Positions 19,336 to 28,465 are shown, numbered from the stretch's first letter. The stretch is DNA of 64,000 bases from Nitrospiraceae bacterium (GCA_050246315.1 JBFWWG010000016.1:1-64000); one strand, 5' to 3'. Numbers and translations are program-made. Notes: generated from the letters alone by a model not told the origin.

Positions 19336-20991
19336 TTAGGCGCCAACCAGCATGTGCCTCGGCAGTCCTTTGAGCAGCCACGATTGGTTCTCATAGACAA
19401 ACTGGTTTCGTTGCCGAACCAAAGTCGACACGATTTGGTCGCGGAGTTGGCCCAGTTGTGGATAGGTTCGACACTCGTAGTCCTCGTGCTGGCAACTCGC
19501 GGCAATGTCCTCCACAACGGAAAACAAGATGTTGTTGCTGAACCTAGTCAAGGCGCTCAACGAGGTCTTGTAGGCCTCCAGGTCGGCAAATGGCTCGAAG
19601 AGTCGTTCCATCACGAAAACTTCATGCCACGCATGGTTCATCATTGCCGCGACGCAGTCCGATCCCCTGACCCAATCTCCTACTGTTTTTCCTATGGCCT
19701 CATAGCAAAGCGCAATCCGCGGATCAAGAAAATCGTAGTCAGGATTGCACACGTCACCGTTGAATCGGCCCTGCGTCATTAAGGTCTCCTTAATGGGAGT
19801 GCCGTCATAGGGCAACATTTTGCAGAAGACCGCCGCAACGCTCCCGTCGTCTACAATCTGCCGCAGAAAGCCTATGTTTTCTTTGATCGATTCAAAGCTG
19901 CTCGATGGATCAAATAACATGAACCCAAATTCCCACATGAGCCCTAGCCCCTTGAGCGTTTGGACCGCTCTCAGATTTTGCTCCACCGTGATTTCCTTGT
20001 TGAGGACGTCCAACCCATCCTCCGATCCCGACTCCAAGCCCATGTAGACCAGGTACAAACCGGCCTCGCGCAGCGTGGTAAACAGCTCGGATTCCACCAC
20101 GTCGGCTCGGCAACTGATCTTCCAAATGACTCTCCCGACCAGTTCTTGCCGATGTAGCTCCTCGACGAAACCGAGAGCCCAACGACGCCACGATGGGCCG
20201 AAAAGCGGAAAGTCATCATCCTGGAAGAGGAAGATCGTGATCCCCTGATCGTGATATAGCGCTTTCATCTCCCGCACCACTTCGGAACTCTTCCGAATTC
20301 GGACCACCCGCCCCGGGGCGGCACGATAAAACATGTGAATGGAGCAGAAGGAGCAGGTGCGTGAGCAACCGCGTGAGGCCAGGATGGGAAGGGTCCGTTG
20401 CCCCAAGATAGTAGTCGGCTCGTACTGTCTGTAGGGAAAGGGCAAGGCATCAAGGTTATCCAAGAGGCGCCGGAGAGGGTTTGAGACGACTCTGCCGTCC
20501 CGGCGATAGGCGACGCCCTCAATCGTTTTCCACTCGCCGGCATGGATTAAGGATTCCACCAGTTCAAGCAGCGTCAGTTCCCCTTCAAATCGGACCACAC
20601 TGTCTACCTCCGGAATCAGCTCAAGAGTTCGCTCATGACTCAAACTGGGAAAGTGCCCGCCGATGGTGAAATGGCAATGCACACCGTGATCCCGCAGGTA
20701 GTGCATCAGCGAACGAAACCGTGGGAGGTAAAACTGGAAGATCAGCGAGAACCCGACGACAACGGGATCTTCAGCTTGAATAATCGTCAAGATCTTGTCC
20801 GCCGGATCTTCAAAATCGAGGACGGTCACGCGGTAGCCGCGATGCATCAGAGTAGAGGCGAGATAACCAATTCCAAGATTGCCTTGTTTCTGAAACCCGA
20901 TCAAGACAACGGGTTTGGTGGCCTCGTGTTTTTCCAGTGGACGTAAGCGAGACAAGCTTTCTATCCCGTTAAGCACGGTGAGTGAAGACAT
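19336..20991 (-). CDS. Cobalamin-dependent (class B) radical SAM enzyme
   Basis: N-terminal B12-binding domain (NLGIGYLAS, GFSLIF, GGHFPS, FEGE), SRGCSRTCSFC (CxxxCxxC), FQDDDF, MGLESG; AGGAGGAGG RBS before ATG 20991; 551 aa. Confidence 0.92.
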   Translation of the reverse strand: MSSLTVLNGIESLSRLRPLEKHEATKPVVLIGFQKQGNLGIGYLASTLMHRGYRVTVLDFEDPADKILTIIQAEDPVVVGFSLIFQFYLPRFRSLMHYLRDHGVHCHFTIGGHFPSLSHERTLELIPEVDSVVRFEGELTLLELVESLIHAGEWKTIEGVAYRRDGRVVSNPLRRLLDNLDALPFPYRQYEPTTILGQRTLPILASRGCSRTCSFCSIHMFYRAAPGRVVRIRKSSEVVREMKALYHDQGITIFLFQDDDFPLFGPSWRRWALGFVEELHRQELVGRVIWKISCRADVVESELFTTLREAGLYLVYMGLESGSEDGLDVLNKEITVEQNLRAVQTLKGLGLMWEFGFMLFDPSSSFESIKENIGFLRQIVDDGSVAAVFCKMLPYDGTPIKETLMTQGRFNGDVCNPDYDFLDPRIALCYEAIGKTVGDWVRGSDCVAAMMNHAWHEVFVMERLFEPFADLEAYKTSLSALTRFSNNILFSVVEDIAASCQHEDYECRTYPQLGQLRDQIVSTLVRQRNQFVYENQSWLLKGLPRHMLVGA

Positions 20992-21143
20992 AGTCTCCTC
21001 CTCCTGTCTGGCCGCATCTAGGCCTAGCGGCATTACAGTTCGTCGTGTGCTCGGAAATGGATGCAGAGCGAGGTCCCCGGAAAGGGAGCGGCGCAAGACC
21101 GGGGGTGGCCTCCACTCCCTCCCCGCAGGGATCGCGGGCGCAA

Positions 21144-21380
21144 TTACTTACCGCCAAATTTCCTGACTACTTCCATCGATTGCTCGATGGCCTTGATGTT
21201 TTGCTGCAGTATGGCCCGTTGAGTCTCTAGCTGAACCAAAGCCAGTTGAGACAGGGCCTCTTTCGGCAGAGTCACGCGCTCGAAAAACCACCAAGGCACT
21301 GGATCCCAATTAATTGGCACTCGCCACTTAAACACTTCCGACAGCGACTGTTCGGGATTGAGGATTGGTTTCTCCATCAT
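21144..21380 (-). CDS. 78-aa peptide with WRVPINWDPVPWWFF motif; candidate substrate/precursor of the radical SAM enzyme
   Basis: GAAGGGAGG RBS; co-oriented and 152 nt upstream of the rSAM gene; Trp/Pro-rich motif followed by a helical Gln/Leu-rich tail. Confidence 0.7.
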   Translation of the reverse strand: MMEKPILNPEQSLSEVFKWRVPINWDPVPWWFFERVTLPKEALSQLALVQLETQRAILQQNIKAIEQSMEVVRKFGGK

Positions 21381-21546
21381 GCCCTCCCTTCAACAGCTAG
21401 ATTAGACTTCGCGATCATCGTGATCGCTTGTACCCCCGGCCGCATTATACATACAAAGGAGTCGGCTTGCGTCCCTCATTCTGTGAGATGGGTGTAACCT
21501 CACACTGTGAGGTGGTGTTGCCCAGACGAACCTGGGGCCATCCCAC

Positions 21547-21580
21547 TGTGCAGAATGCAAGTATGTGCAGAATGCAAGTA
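21547..21580. repeat. Perfect 17-bp tandem direct repeat TGTGCAGAATGCAAGTA x2
   Basis: Seen directly; ~170 nt upstream of the peptide gene. Confidence 0.8.
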
Positions 21581-21906
21581 CGCGGCCAGCAATGCCGTTA
21601 GAGGGACGTGCGCATTACCAGGTAAATAGCCACGGAAAAATAGGAGTATTTTGAGAGTGCGGTGTATGCGATTCGATACATACGTATCTAAATGGACACG
21701 ATGGCAGAATGTCCAGGATGGCAACCGAATCCTGGGCTGCGGGATGACCAAACGGCAGACTGAATGTCTCCATCCACAATTGGCTGCGGGGAAGAGATCG
21801 TCGAGGTAGTGTGGCGGGGTCGGATGTTCGTCGTGCGATGATCGCGGTCCTCGATCCATCCGTAAAGATCGGATCCTGACCCGGGTTCGAGCACCCGCCG
21901 CCTTGT

Positions 21907-21936
21907 TTGACAGTCTGCGGAGGCCTGTGTTACGGT
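21907..21936 (+). promoter_or_regulatory. Sigma70-type promoter of the rpsF operon
   Basis: TTGACA-18 nt-TACGGT with an extended -10 TG. Confidence 0.6.
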
Positions 21937-21959
21937 CGCACGGTTTTTGACATATTCGA

Positions 21960-22010
21960 TTCCTATCCCTCGCTCCGCTCTATGAAGTGGGGCCATTAGT
22001 CCAGGAGGAT
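21960..22010 (+). promoter_or_regulatory. Probable S6:S18 ribosomal protein leader RNA
   Basis: Stem GCTCCGCT/AGTGGGGC followed by CCA, with outer pairing into the AGGAGG RBS directly upstream of rpsF. Confidence 0.5.
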
Positions 22011-22016
22011 GACTGC

Positions 22017-22358
22017 ATGGAGCTCTACGAGTCTCTCTTTATTATCCGTCCGTCGCTGACAGACGAGGAAACCACCGCGCTCATCGAGAAGATGAAAGGG
22101 GTGGCAGAGCGGGCGGGCGCCAACTTCCAAAAAGTCGAAAACTGGGGCCGCCGGAAGCTCGCCTATGAAGTGAAGCGCGAGCGCAAGGGCACCTACGCCT
22201 ACTTCTATTTCAAAGGGCCGGGTCCGGTCGTCGGCGAATTGGAACGGGCCTATCGTCTGGAAGATTCGATCCTGAAGTTCTTGAGCGTTCGATTGGAAAA
22301 GGAACTTGCGGCGCCGGCGACAGGCCAGCCGCAGGAGAGCCACAGTGAACGGGTTTAA
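22017..22358 (+). CDS. rpsF: 30S ribosomal protein S6
   Basis: MELYESLFIIRP, WGRRKLAYEV. Confidence 0.95.
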   Translation: MELYESLFIIRPSLTDEETTALIEKMKGVAERAGANFQKVENWGRRKLAYEVKRERKGTYAYFYFKGPGPVVGELERAYRLEDSILKFLSVRLEKELAAPATGQPQESHSERV

Positions 22359-22749
22359 CAAGGTCATTCTCATCGGAAACCTGACGCGCAATCCCGAGTT
22401 GCGCTATACGCCGAGCGGGACCCCGGTCGGGAGTTTCGCGCTGGCCGTGAATCGCCGGTTCCGGCAGGGCGAGGAATTGAAGGACGAGGTCTGTTACATC
22501 GACATCGTCGTATTCGGCAAGCAGGCCGAACATTGCGGGCAATATTTAAGCAAAGGAAACGGCGTGATTGTCGAAGGCCGGCTCCAGCAGCGTCGATGGG
22601 AGACGGAAGACGGGCAGAAACGGAGCAAGCACGAAGTCGTGGCTCAATCCGTGACCTTCCTTCCCAAGCGGCAGGACGGCGGCGGGGGCGGAACCGAACC
22701 GGGCGCGCCGGATGATGCGCCGGCTTACGAATACGAAGAACAATTGTAA
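22345..22749 (+). CDS. ssb: Single-stranded DNA-binding protein
   Basis: FNKVILIGNLTRNPELRYT, VEGRL, acidic tail; GTG start. Confidence 0.95.
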   Translation: MNGFNKVILIGNLTRNPELRYTPSGTPVGSFALAVNRRFRQGEELKDEVCYIDIVVFGKQAEHCGQYLSKGNGVIVEGRLQQRRWETEDGQKRSKHEVVAQSVTFLPKRQDGGGGGTEPGAPDDAPAYEYEEQL

Positions 22750-22767
22750 GGTTGGGAGGACGCGAGC

Positions 22768-22995
22768 ATGGAGCGAGGCGGACGCTTACTTCGTCGCAAG
22801 AATTGCCGGTTTTGTGTGGAGAAGGTGCCGATCGATTTCAAGGACGTGCCGATGATGAAGAGCTTCTTGACGGAGCGCGGACGGATCGTGCCCCGGCGGA
22901 TGTCGGGCAACTGCCTGCGTCATCAGCGGGAATTGACCACCGCGGTAAAGCGTGCCCGGCATATTGCGTTGGTGTCCTTCGCCGAGGAACGCTGA
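22768..22995 (+). CDS. rpsR: 30S ribosomal protein S18
   Basis: CRFC..IDFKD, GRIVPRR.SG.C..HQR. Confidence 0.95.
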   Translation: MERGGRLLRRKNCRFCVEKVPIDFKDVPMMKSFLTERGRIVPRRMSGNCLRHQRELTTAVKRARHIALVSFAEER

Positions 22996-23033
22996 TTGTG
23001 ATGCCGGTGTTGGAGCGCGTCGGTTCGGCGACC

Positions 23034-23609
23034 ATGGAGCGCAACGATCTGACATATACGGTCTCCGAGATTCTGGCGGACGGTCTGCATGTGGACGAGA
23101 CGCTTACGGGGACGGACCTCGACCTGAGTCAGGGCGACACGCCGATCACGGGGGCGTTGCACCTTCGGATGGATCTTTCCCTCGACGACGCCCATGTCTC
23201 GGTGCAAGGTACGATCACCGGCGAGACGACTCGCCAGTGCGTCCGCTGCTTGAAGGAATTCATCGATCCCCTGGCCGTGCGGTTTGCGGCCGATTATTTC
23301 AAGAAGCAAGCGAAGGGTCGGAAGTTGACACGCCAGGCATCAGGCGACACGTCCGAGCCGGAGGCTACCGGTGGTGCCAGCGAAGACGCCTATGAATATT
23401 CAGGCGACGAGATCGACCTGGTCCCTATGTTGCGCGAGCAAGTGATCCTGGCGGAACCAATGCACCCGCTCTGCCGCGAGGAGTGCCTTGGACTTTGCCC
23501 GGTCTGTGGGCGGGATCGTAATATGGGCGCGTGCGGGTGCCACGAACCGAGCGAAGGGAATCTGGCCGAGAAGATTCGATCGGCGCAGCGATCGCTGAAA
23601 CGATCGTAA
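23034..23609 (+). CDS. yceD: DUF177/YceD protein
   Basis: CVRCL and PLCREECLGLCPVCG motifs; upstream of rpmF. Confidence 0.88.
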   Translation: MERNDLTYTVSEILADGLHVDETLTGTDLDLSQGDTPITGALHLRMDLSLDDAHVSVQGTITGETTRQCVRCLKEFIDPLAVRFAADYFKKQAKGRKLTRQASGDTSEPEATGGASEDAYEYSGDEIDLVPMLREQVILAEPMHPLCREECLGLCPVCGRDRNMGACGCHEPSEGNLAEKIRSAQRSLKRS

Positions 23610-23703
23610 CGCGGGTTTCGGCGGGTGCCGTTCCTGCGATGCGGGCCCCCGGAACGATCATGAACCGGTCATCAACGGAAACGAGAGCTGAAGCGAGACC
23701 ACC

Positions 23704-23889
23704 ATGCCAAATCCAAAACACAAACATTCGCGTGCGCGGCGGGATCAACGGCGAACGGCCAAGGTGAAGATTGTTCCGCCTGGCTTCTCCCTCTGCCCGC
23801 AGTGCCACGAACTCAAATTGCCCCATCGCGTGTGCCTCAACTGCGGGACCTATAAGGGCAAGGCGATCATCGCCGTCGAAGAGTCATAG
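23704..23889 (+). CDS. rpmF: 50S ribosomal protein L32
   Basis: MPNPKHKHSRARRD, CPQC..PHRVCLNCG. Confidence 0.95.
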   Translation: MPNPKHKHSRARRDQRRTAKVKIVPPGFSLCPQCHELKLPHRVCLNCGTYKGKAIIAVEES

Positions 23890-24104
23890 CAGGGTGTTGA
23901 AAAAGTCCGCCAGCCGGGTACCCGCTTGGCAGGTGATCGCGTCGCGGAGAAGCGCACCGGTTTTGACTCGTTGCATGAGGAAGAGCAACGGGTACCCCGA
24001 GCACGGCTCGCCGCTTCGCTCACTGGGGCTGAGTTCGTGGAAAAGGCACGTCTTGACGCGCCGGAGTCGGCGGATGAGAAGGCGGGCCTTTCTGAACACC
24101 CTGC
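23889..24104. mobile_element. MITE-like element with ~23-bp terminal inverted repeats
   Basis: GCAGGGTGTTGAAAAAGTCCGCC ... GGCGGGCCTTTCTGAACACCCTGC; related left end at 36761. Confidence 0.7.
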
Positions 24105-24171
24105 GAGGCGTCTTCGATGCCATCCGTGATCGGTCGTCTTCAGAGACGGTCGCGCGCCTTTCGTCGATCCC

Positions 24172-25203
24172 ATGAAGATAGCTGTTGATGCGATGGGGGG
24201 GGACCACGGTCCTGCTCCCAACGTCGAAGGTGCCATCCAGGCTGCGAGCGAATTGGATGTCGCGGTCGTCCTGGTCGGCGATGAAGCCCAGCTTCAAGCG
24301 CATCTTCAGCGCGTGGGCTGCCGCGATTCTCGCATCACCATCCGCCACGCGCCGCAAGTGGTGGAGATGCATGAATCCCCCGCTCAGGTGGCGCGAAAAA
24401 AGCGTCAATCCTCGGTCTGGATCGCCACGGGGTTGGTCAAAGGCGGAGAGGCGGCGGCGGTCATCAGCGCAGGCAATACCGGCGCGGCGATGGTTGCCGC
24501 CTTTTTCGTGCTCGAGTTGACCAAGGGCGTCGAACGTCCCGCCATCGCCACCATGCTGCCGACGCTGACTGGCCATGCCGTGATGTTGGACGTCGGGGCC
24601 AATGTCGATTGCACCGCCAACCATCTCGAACAATTCGCCCTGATGGGTAACGAGTACGCCAAGCACGTACTGGATAAGGCCAACCCGCGTGTCGGCCTGT
24701 TGAGCATCGGGGAAGAGGATTCCAAGGGGAACGAGGTCACGAAAGAAGCCTTCAAGCTGCTTAAGGCGAGCCCCATCAACTTCATCGGCAACGTGGAGGG
24801 ACGCGACGTTTACAGCGGCGAGGCCGACGTGGTCGTGTGCGACGGCTTTATCGGCAATGTCGCGCTCAAGATCTCCGAAGGAGTCGCGGACACGATCAAA
24901 AAGTTGTTGCTCAAGGAAATCGGCGGGTCGTTCCTCGGGCGCATGGCCTATCCGCTTATCGCGGCCCCCCTGCGCAAGCTCAAGCGCAAGATCGATTATG
25001 CGGAGTTCGGCGGCGCGCCATTGCTGGGTGTGAACGGCATCTGTATGATCTGCCACGGACGATCGTCGGCAAAGGCGATCAAGAACGCCATTCGCCGGGC
25101 CAAATCGCTGGCGGAAAGCCGGATGACGGATCTAATCCGCCAAGATATTGAAGAAAGCCTCGGCCGCCATCGGCAGGAGGCGCAGCACGAAGCCAGCGCA
25201 TGA
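24172..25203 (+). CDS. plsX: Phosphate acyltransferase
   Basis: IAVDAMGGDHGP, SAGNTGA, DGFIGN, GGAPLLGV. Confidence 0.95.
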   Translation: MKIAVDAMGGDHGPAPNVEGAIQAASELDVAVVLVGDEAQLQAHLQRVGCRDSRITIRHAPQVVEMHESPAQVARKKRQSSVWIATGLVKGGEAAAVISAGNTGAAMVAAFFVLELTKGVERPAIATMLPTLTGHAVMLDVGANVDCTANHLEQFALMGNEYAKHVLDKANPRVGLLSIGEEDSKGNEVTKEAFKLLKASPINFIGNVEGRDVYSGEADVVVCDGFIGNVALKISEGVADTIKKLLLKEIGGSFLGRMAYPLIAAPLRKLKRKIDYAEFGGAPLLGVNGICMICHGRSSAKAIKNAIRRAKSLAESRMTDLIRQDIEESLGRHRQEAQHEASA

Positions 25204-26174
25204 ACGCACGCATCATCGGCACCGGGTCCTACGTCCCAGCCCGGGTCATGACCAATGCTCATCTGGAGCAACTGGTCGCCACCTCGGATCACTGGATCAG
25301 CGAACGGACCGGCATTCGCGAACGCCGCATCGCGGCGACCGGGGAGGCCTGCTCCGATTTGGGGTTGCAGGCGGCGGAGAAGGCGCTCAAGGCTTCCGGT
25401 CTGTCCGCCGGCGATCTGGACCTCATTCTCGTCGCGACCTGCACGCCCGATTCGCTGTTGCCTGCGACGGCCTGTCTGATCCAACATCGCTTGGGAGCGA
25501 CTCGTGCGGCGGCTTTTGATATTTCCGCGGCCTGCTGCGGGTTCGTCTACGCCTTGGGCGTGGCCAATGCCTACATCAAGACCGGCTTCCGTCATGTGCT
25601 GGTCATCGGGTCGGAGGTCATGTCCGCCATCACCGATTGGACCGACCGCAATACCTGTGTCCTGTTCGGAGACGGGGCCGGGGCAGCGGTCCTGAGTACG
25701 ACAGAAGAAGCCCGAGGCGTGTTGTCGACCCACCTCCATGCGGACGGCGGCCTCTGGGACTTGATTCATGTGCCGGGCGGCGGGTCTCGCATCCCGCCCT
25801 CCGAAAATATGCTGGAGGCGCGCCAACAGTACATCAAGATGAAGGGCAACGAGACCTTCAAGGTCGCAGTGCGGACCCTCGAAGAGGTCGCTCGCGAAAC
25901 CCTTGCGCACCATCACGTCTCGGTCGATCAGATCGATCTGTACGTACCACACCAAGCCAATGCCAGGATTCTCAAGGCCGTGGCGGAACGGTTGGGGCTG
26001 CCGGCCCACAAGATCATGATGAATGTGGATCGGTACGGGAACACGTCTGCCGCGTCGATTCCGATCGCGCTCGATGAAGCGGTGCGAGGAGGACGGATTC
26101 AAGCCGGGAGTCTGGTGCTGCTAGGGGCTTTCGGTGCGGGTCTGACCTGGGCCTCCGCGTTGATTCGATGGTGA
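25200..26174 (+). CDS. fabH: Beta-ketoacyl-ACP synthase III
   Basis: AACCGF, FGDGAGA, PHQAN, GNTSAASIP. Confidence 0.95.
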   Translation: MNARIIGTGSYVPARVMTNAHLEQLVATSDHWISERTGIRERRIAATGEACSDLGLQAAEKALKASGLSAGDLDLILVATCTPDSLLPATACLIQHRLGATRAAAFDISAACCGFVYALGVANAYIKTGFRHVLVIGSEVMSAITDWTDRNTCVLFGDGAGAAVLSTTEEARGVLSTHLHADGGLWDLIHVPGGGSRIPPSENMLEARQQYIKMKGNETFKVAVRTLEEVARETLAHHHVSVDQIDLYVPHQANARILKAVAERLGLPAHKIMMNVDRYGNTSAASIPIALDEAVRGGRIQAGSLVLLGAFGAGLTWASALIRW

Positions 26175-26294
26175 CAGGGTCGGTACTGTCAAGGCGGCGA
26201 GTTGCCGAGGTGATGCAGACGCCGCCTTGGGGGTCGTAGGGTGTCGGACTGTCAGTTTTTCCCGTTGACAAGTAGTGGTCTTTCCACCATATCT

Positions 26295-26683
26295 TAGCCC
26301 ACATTATTCATGAGCCCTTCTCCTGCAATCGCTGATACGCCGCTGGGCACCTGTTGCCCTCAGATTGCCACGGGTCTCTGGATCGCATGCGAAGTCGAAG
26401 AGAATGGGCTTCTCCGCCGCGATATGATCGAACGCGGCGCTTCAAGCGAAAGCCCGATATCATGGGCAGGCGCACCCCTCGTGGCCTCGACATACGGTTT
26501 GAAGTACGCCTCAGTCCCTCCGAGGTCCGTGCGACGGTACCCATTGCGACGAGGTATCCGATGCTCTCCCCTGTGCAAGGGGTCGAGGCAGAGGATCCGT
26601 CGCTTGGTGTGTTCGGGTACCCGTTGTTCTGAACAGGCAACGGGTGAAATGTCATGAACCGTCATGAACAATAATGTGGGTTA
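26295..26683 (+). ncRNA. Candidate ~390-nt structured RNA / fabD leader of unknown class
   Basis: 14-bp terminal stem (26295-26308 with 26670-26683), at least 8 internal helices, upstream TTGACA at 26265; no convincing ORF. Confidence 0.45.
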
Positions 26684-26691
26684 GCTGAGCC

Positions 26692-27642
26692 ATGACTACA
26701 GGAATCGGATTCGTGTTTCCCGGGCAGGGGTCCCAATCGGTCGGCATGGGGCGACTGTTTCACGAGGCCTCCGATGCCGTCCGCCGAACGTACGAGGAAG
26801 CTTCAGATGTCCTGGGGTACGATGCGGCAGCCCTCTGTTTCGAAGGCCCGACCGAACGGCTCAACCTGACGGAGTTCACGCAGCCAGCCCTGCTGGTCGC
26901 AAGTATCGCGGCCTGGCGCGCCGGCGCCTTCGACGGTATTCAGGCGGCCGCGGTGGCCGGGCATAGTCTGGGGGAATATTCGGCGTTGGTCGCGGCAGGC
27001 GCGGTTTCCTTCCGTGAAGGGGTGTCGTTGGTTCAGAAACGAGGGCGCTATATGGCTGAATCGGTCCCGGCCGGGACCGGATTGGTGGCGGCCCTGCTGG
27101 GGTTGTCGCCGGAACTGACACAGGCCGCTTGTAAGGAAGCCTCCGCGGTCGGCCTGGTGGCGCCGGCCAATTTTAATTGTCCCGGACAGATCGTCATCGC
27201 TGGAGAAAAGGCCGCCGTGGAACGGGCGATTGAATTGGCCAAAGCCAAGGGAGCCAAACGGGCCCTGCCGCTTCCCGTGAGCGTGCCGGTTCATACCCCA
27301 TTGATGAAACGCGCGGCGGATCGTCTGGCACAGGACTTGGCGGCGGCGCATTGGAACGATCTTCAGGCTCCGCTGGTGAACAACGCCGATGCCGCCGTGA
27401 TCCGGTGGTGTTCTGACATTCAGCCCTCGCTGGTCAAGCAATTACCGTCGCCGGTCCGGTGGGAGGAATCTGTCCGGAAGATGGCGTCCATGGGCGTGAC
27501 GACCTTCGTCGAAGTGGGACCCGGCACCGTGCTCACAGGCTTGATCAAACGCATCGTCCCGGATGCCACCACCTTCAATGTCCAGGACCCGACCTCGCTG
27601 GACGCCACTCGCGCCGCGCTGGAGGCCCGAGCCTCTGCGTGA
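26692..27642 (+). CDS. fabD: Malonyl-CoA:ACP transacylase
   Basis: FPGQGSQ, TQPAL, GHSLGE, PVRW. Confidence 0.95.
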   Translation: MTTGIGFVFPGQGSQSVGMGRLFHEASDAVRRTYEEASDVLGYDAAALCFEGPTERLNLTEFTQPALLVASIAAWRAGAFDGIQAAAVAGHSLGEYSALVAAGAVSFREGVSLVQKRGRYMAESVPAGTGLVAALLGLSPELTQAACKEASAVGLVAPANFNCPGQIVIAGEKAAVERAIELAKAKGAKRALPLPVSVPVHTPLMKRAADRLAQDLAAAHWNDLQAPLVNNADAAVIRWCSDIQPSLVKQLPSPVRWEESVRKMASMGVTTFVEVGPGTVLTGLIKRIVPDATTFNVQDPTSLDATRAALEARASA

Positions 27643-27718
27643 AACCGTTCGATTGCACGCGATCGCCTTCACGAATCAGTCTTATGGGTTGCATGCTGAT
27701 TGACAAAGGAAGAGTGAC

Positions 27719-28465
27719 ATGTCGTCTTTGACAGGGAAAGTCGCCATCGTTACGGGGGCCGCTCAAGGAATCGGCCGCGCCATTGCTGAAACGCTCGCGC
27801 GCCACGGAGCAGACATTGTGGTGGCCGATATGGACCCAGGTCGGGCCGAAGAAACCGCCGCGGCCGTCGTTCAGCTCGGGCGCCGGGCCCTGACGATGAA
27901 GGTGAACGTCGCGAACTGGGAAGAGGTCAAGGGCATGGCCGACCGGGTCGTGAAGGACTGGAACAAGGTCGATATCTTGGTCAACAACGCCGGGATCACG
28001 CGGGACGGGTTGCTGTTGCGTATGCGCGAGGAGGATTGGAATCTGGTCCTTCAGGTAAATTTGACCGGGACGTTCTACTGCACCAAGGCCGTGTTGATGC
28101 CGATGACGAAACAACGGTACGGCCGGATCGTCAATATCGCCTCGATCGTCGGGGTAATGGGCAACGTGGGCCAGGCCAACTATGCGGCCTCCAAGGGTGC
28201 GGTGATCGGCTTTACCAAAACCGCCGCGCGAGAATATGCCAGTCGAAACGTGACGGTCAACGCCGTGGCACCGGGCTTCATCGACACGCCGATGACACAG
28301 AGCCTGTCGCCGGATGTCAAGGAGCAGTTGCAAAAGCAGATCCCGCTAGGACGGCTCGGCCAGCCGGCGGATATTGCAGAAGCGGTCCGATTCCTGGTAT
28401 CGGATGAGGCCGGCTACGTGACCGGTCAGGTCCTGCACGTGAACGGCGGCATGTTGATGGTGTAA
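27719..28465 (+). CDS. fabG: 3-oxoacyl-ACP reductase
   Basis: [22 protein letters not shown]. Confidence 0.95.
   Translation: MSSLTGKVAIVTGAAQGIGRAIAETLARHGADIVVADMDPGRAEETAAAVVQLGRRALTMKVNVANWEEVKGMADRVVKDWNKVDILVNNAGITRDGLLLRMREEDWNLVLQVNLTGTFYCTKAVLMPMTKQRYGRIVNIASIVGVMGNVGQANYAASKGAVIGFTKTAAREYASRNVTVNAVAPGFIDTPMTQSLSPDVKEQLQKQIPLGRLGQPADIAEAVRFLVSDEAGYVTGQVLHVNGGMLMV

Noticed and set aside
21878..21900. tRNA-like GGTTCGAG T-loop motifs (also ~51184 and ~54608)
   Set aside because: No acceptor stem, D-arm or anticodon arm can be built around them.
26308..26671. Four overlapping 92-115 aa ORFs between fabH and fabD
   Set aside because: None has an RBS, motif or typical composition; not called, though a small protein cannot be excluded.
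26295..26683. RNase P RNA, tmRNA or group I/II intron as the identity of the structured region
   Set aside because: No GAGGAAAGTCC/CGGCTTA, no tRNA-like ends, and no domain-V or P7 signature on either strand.
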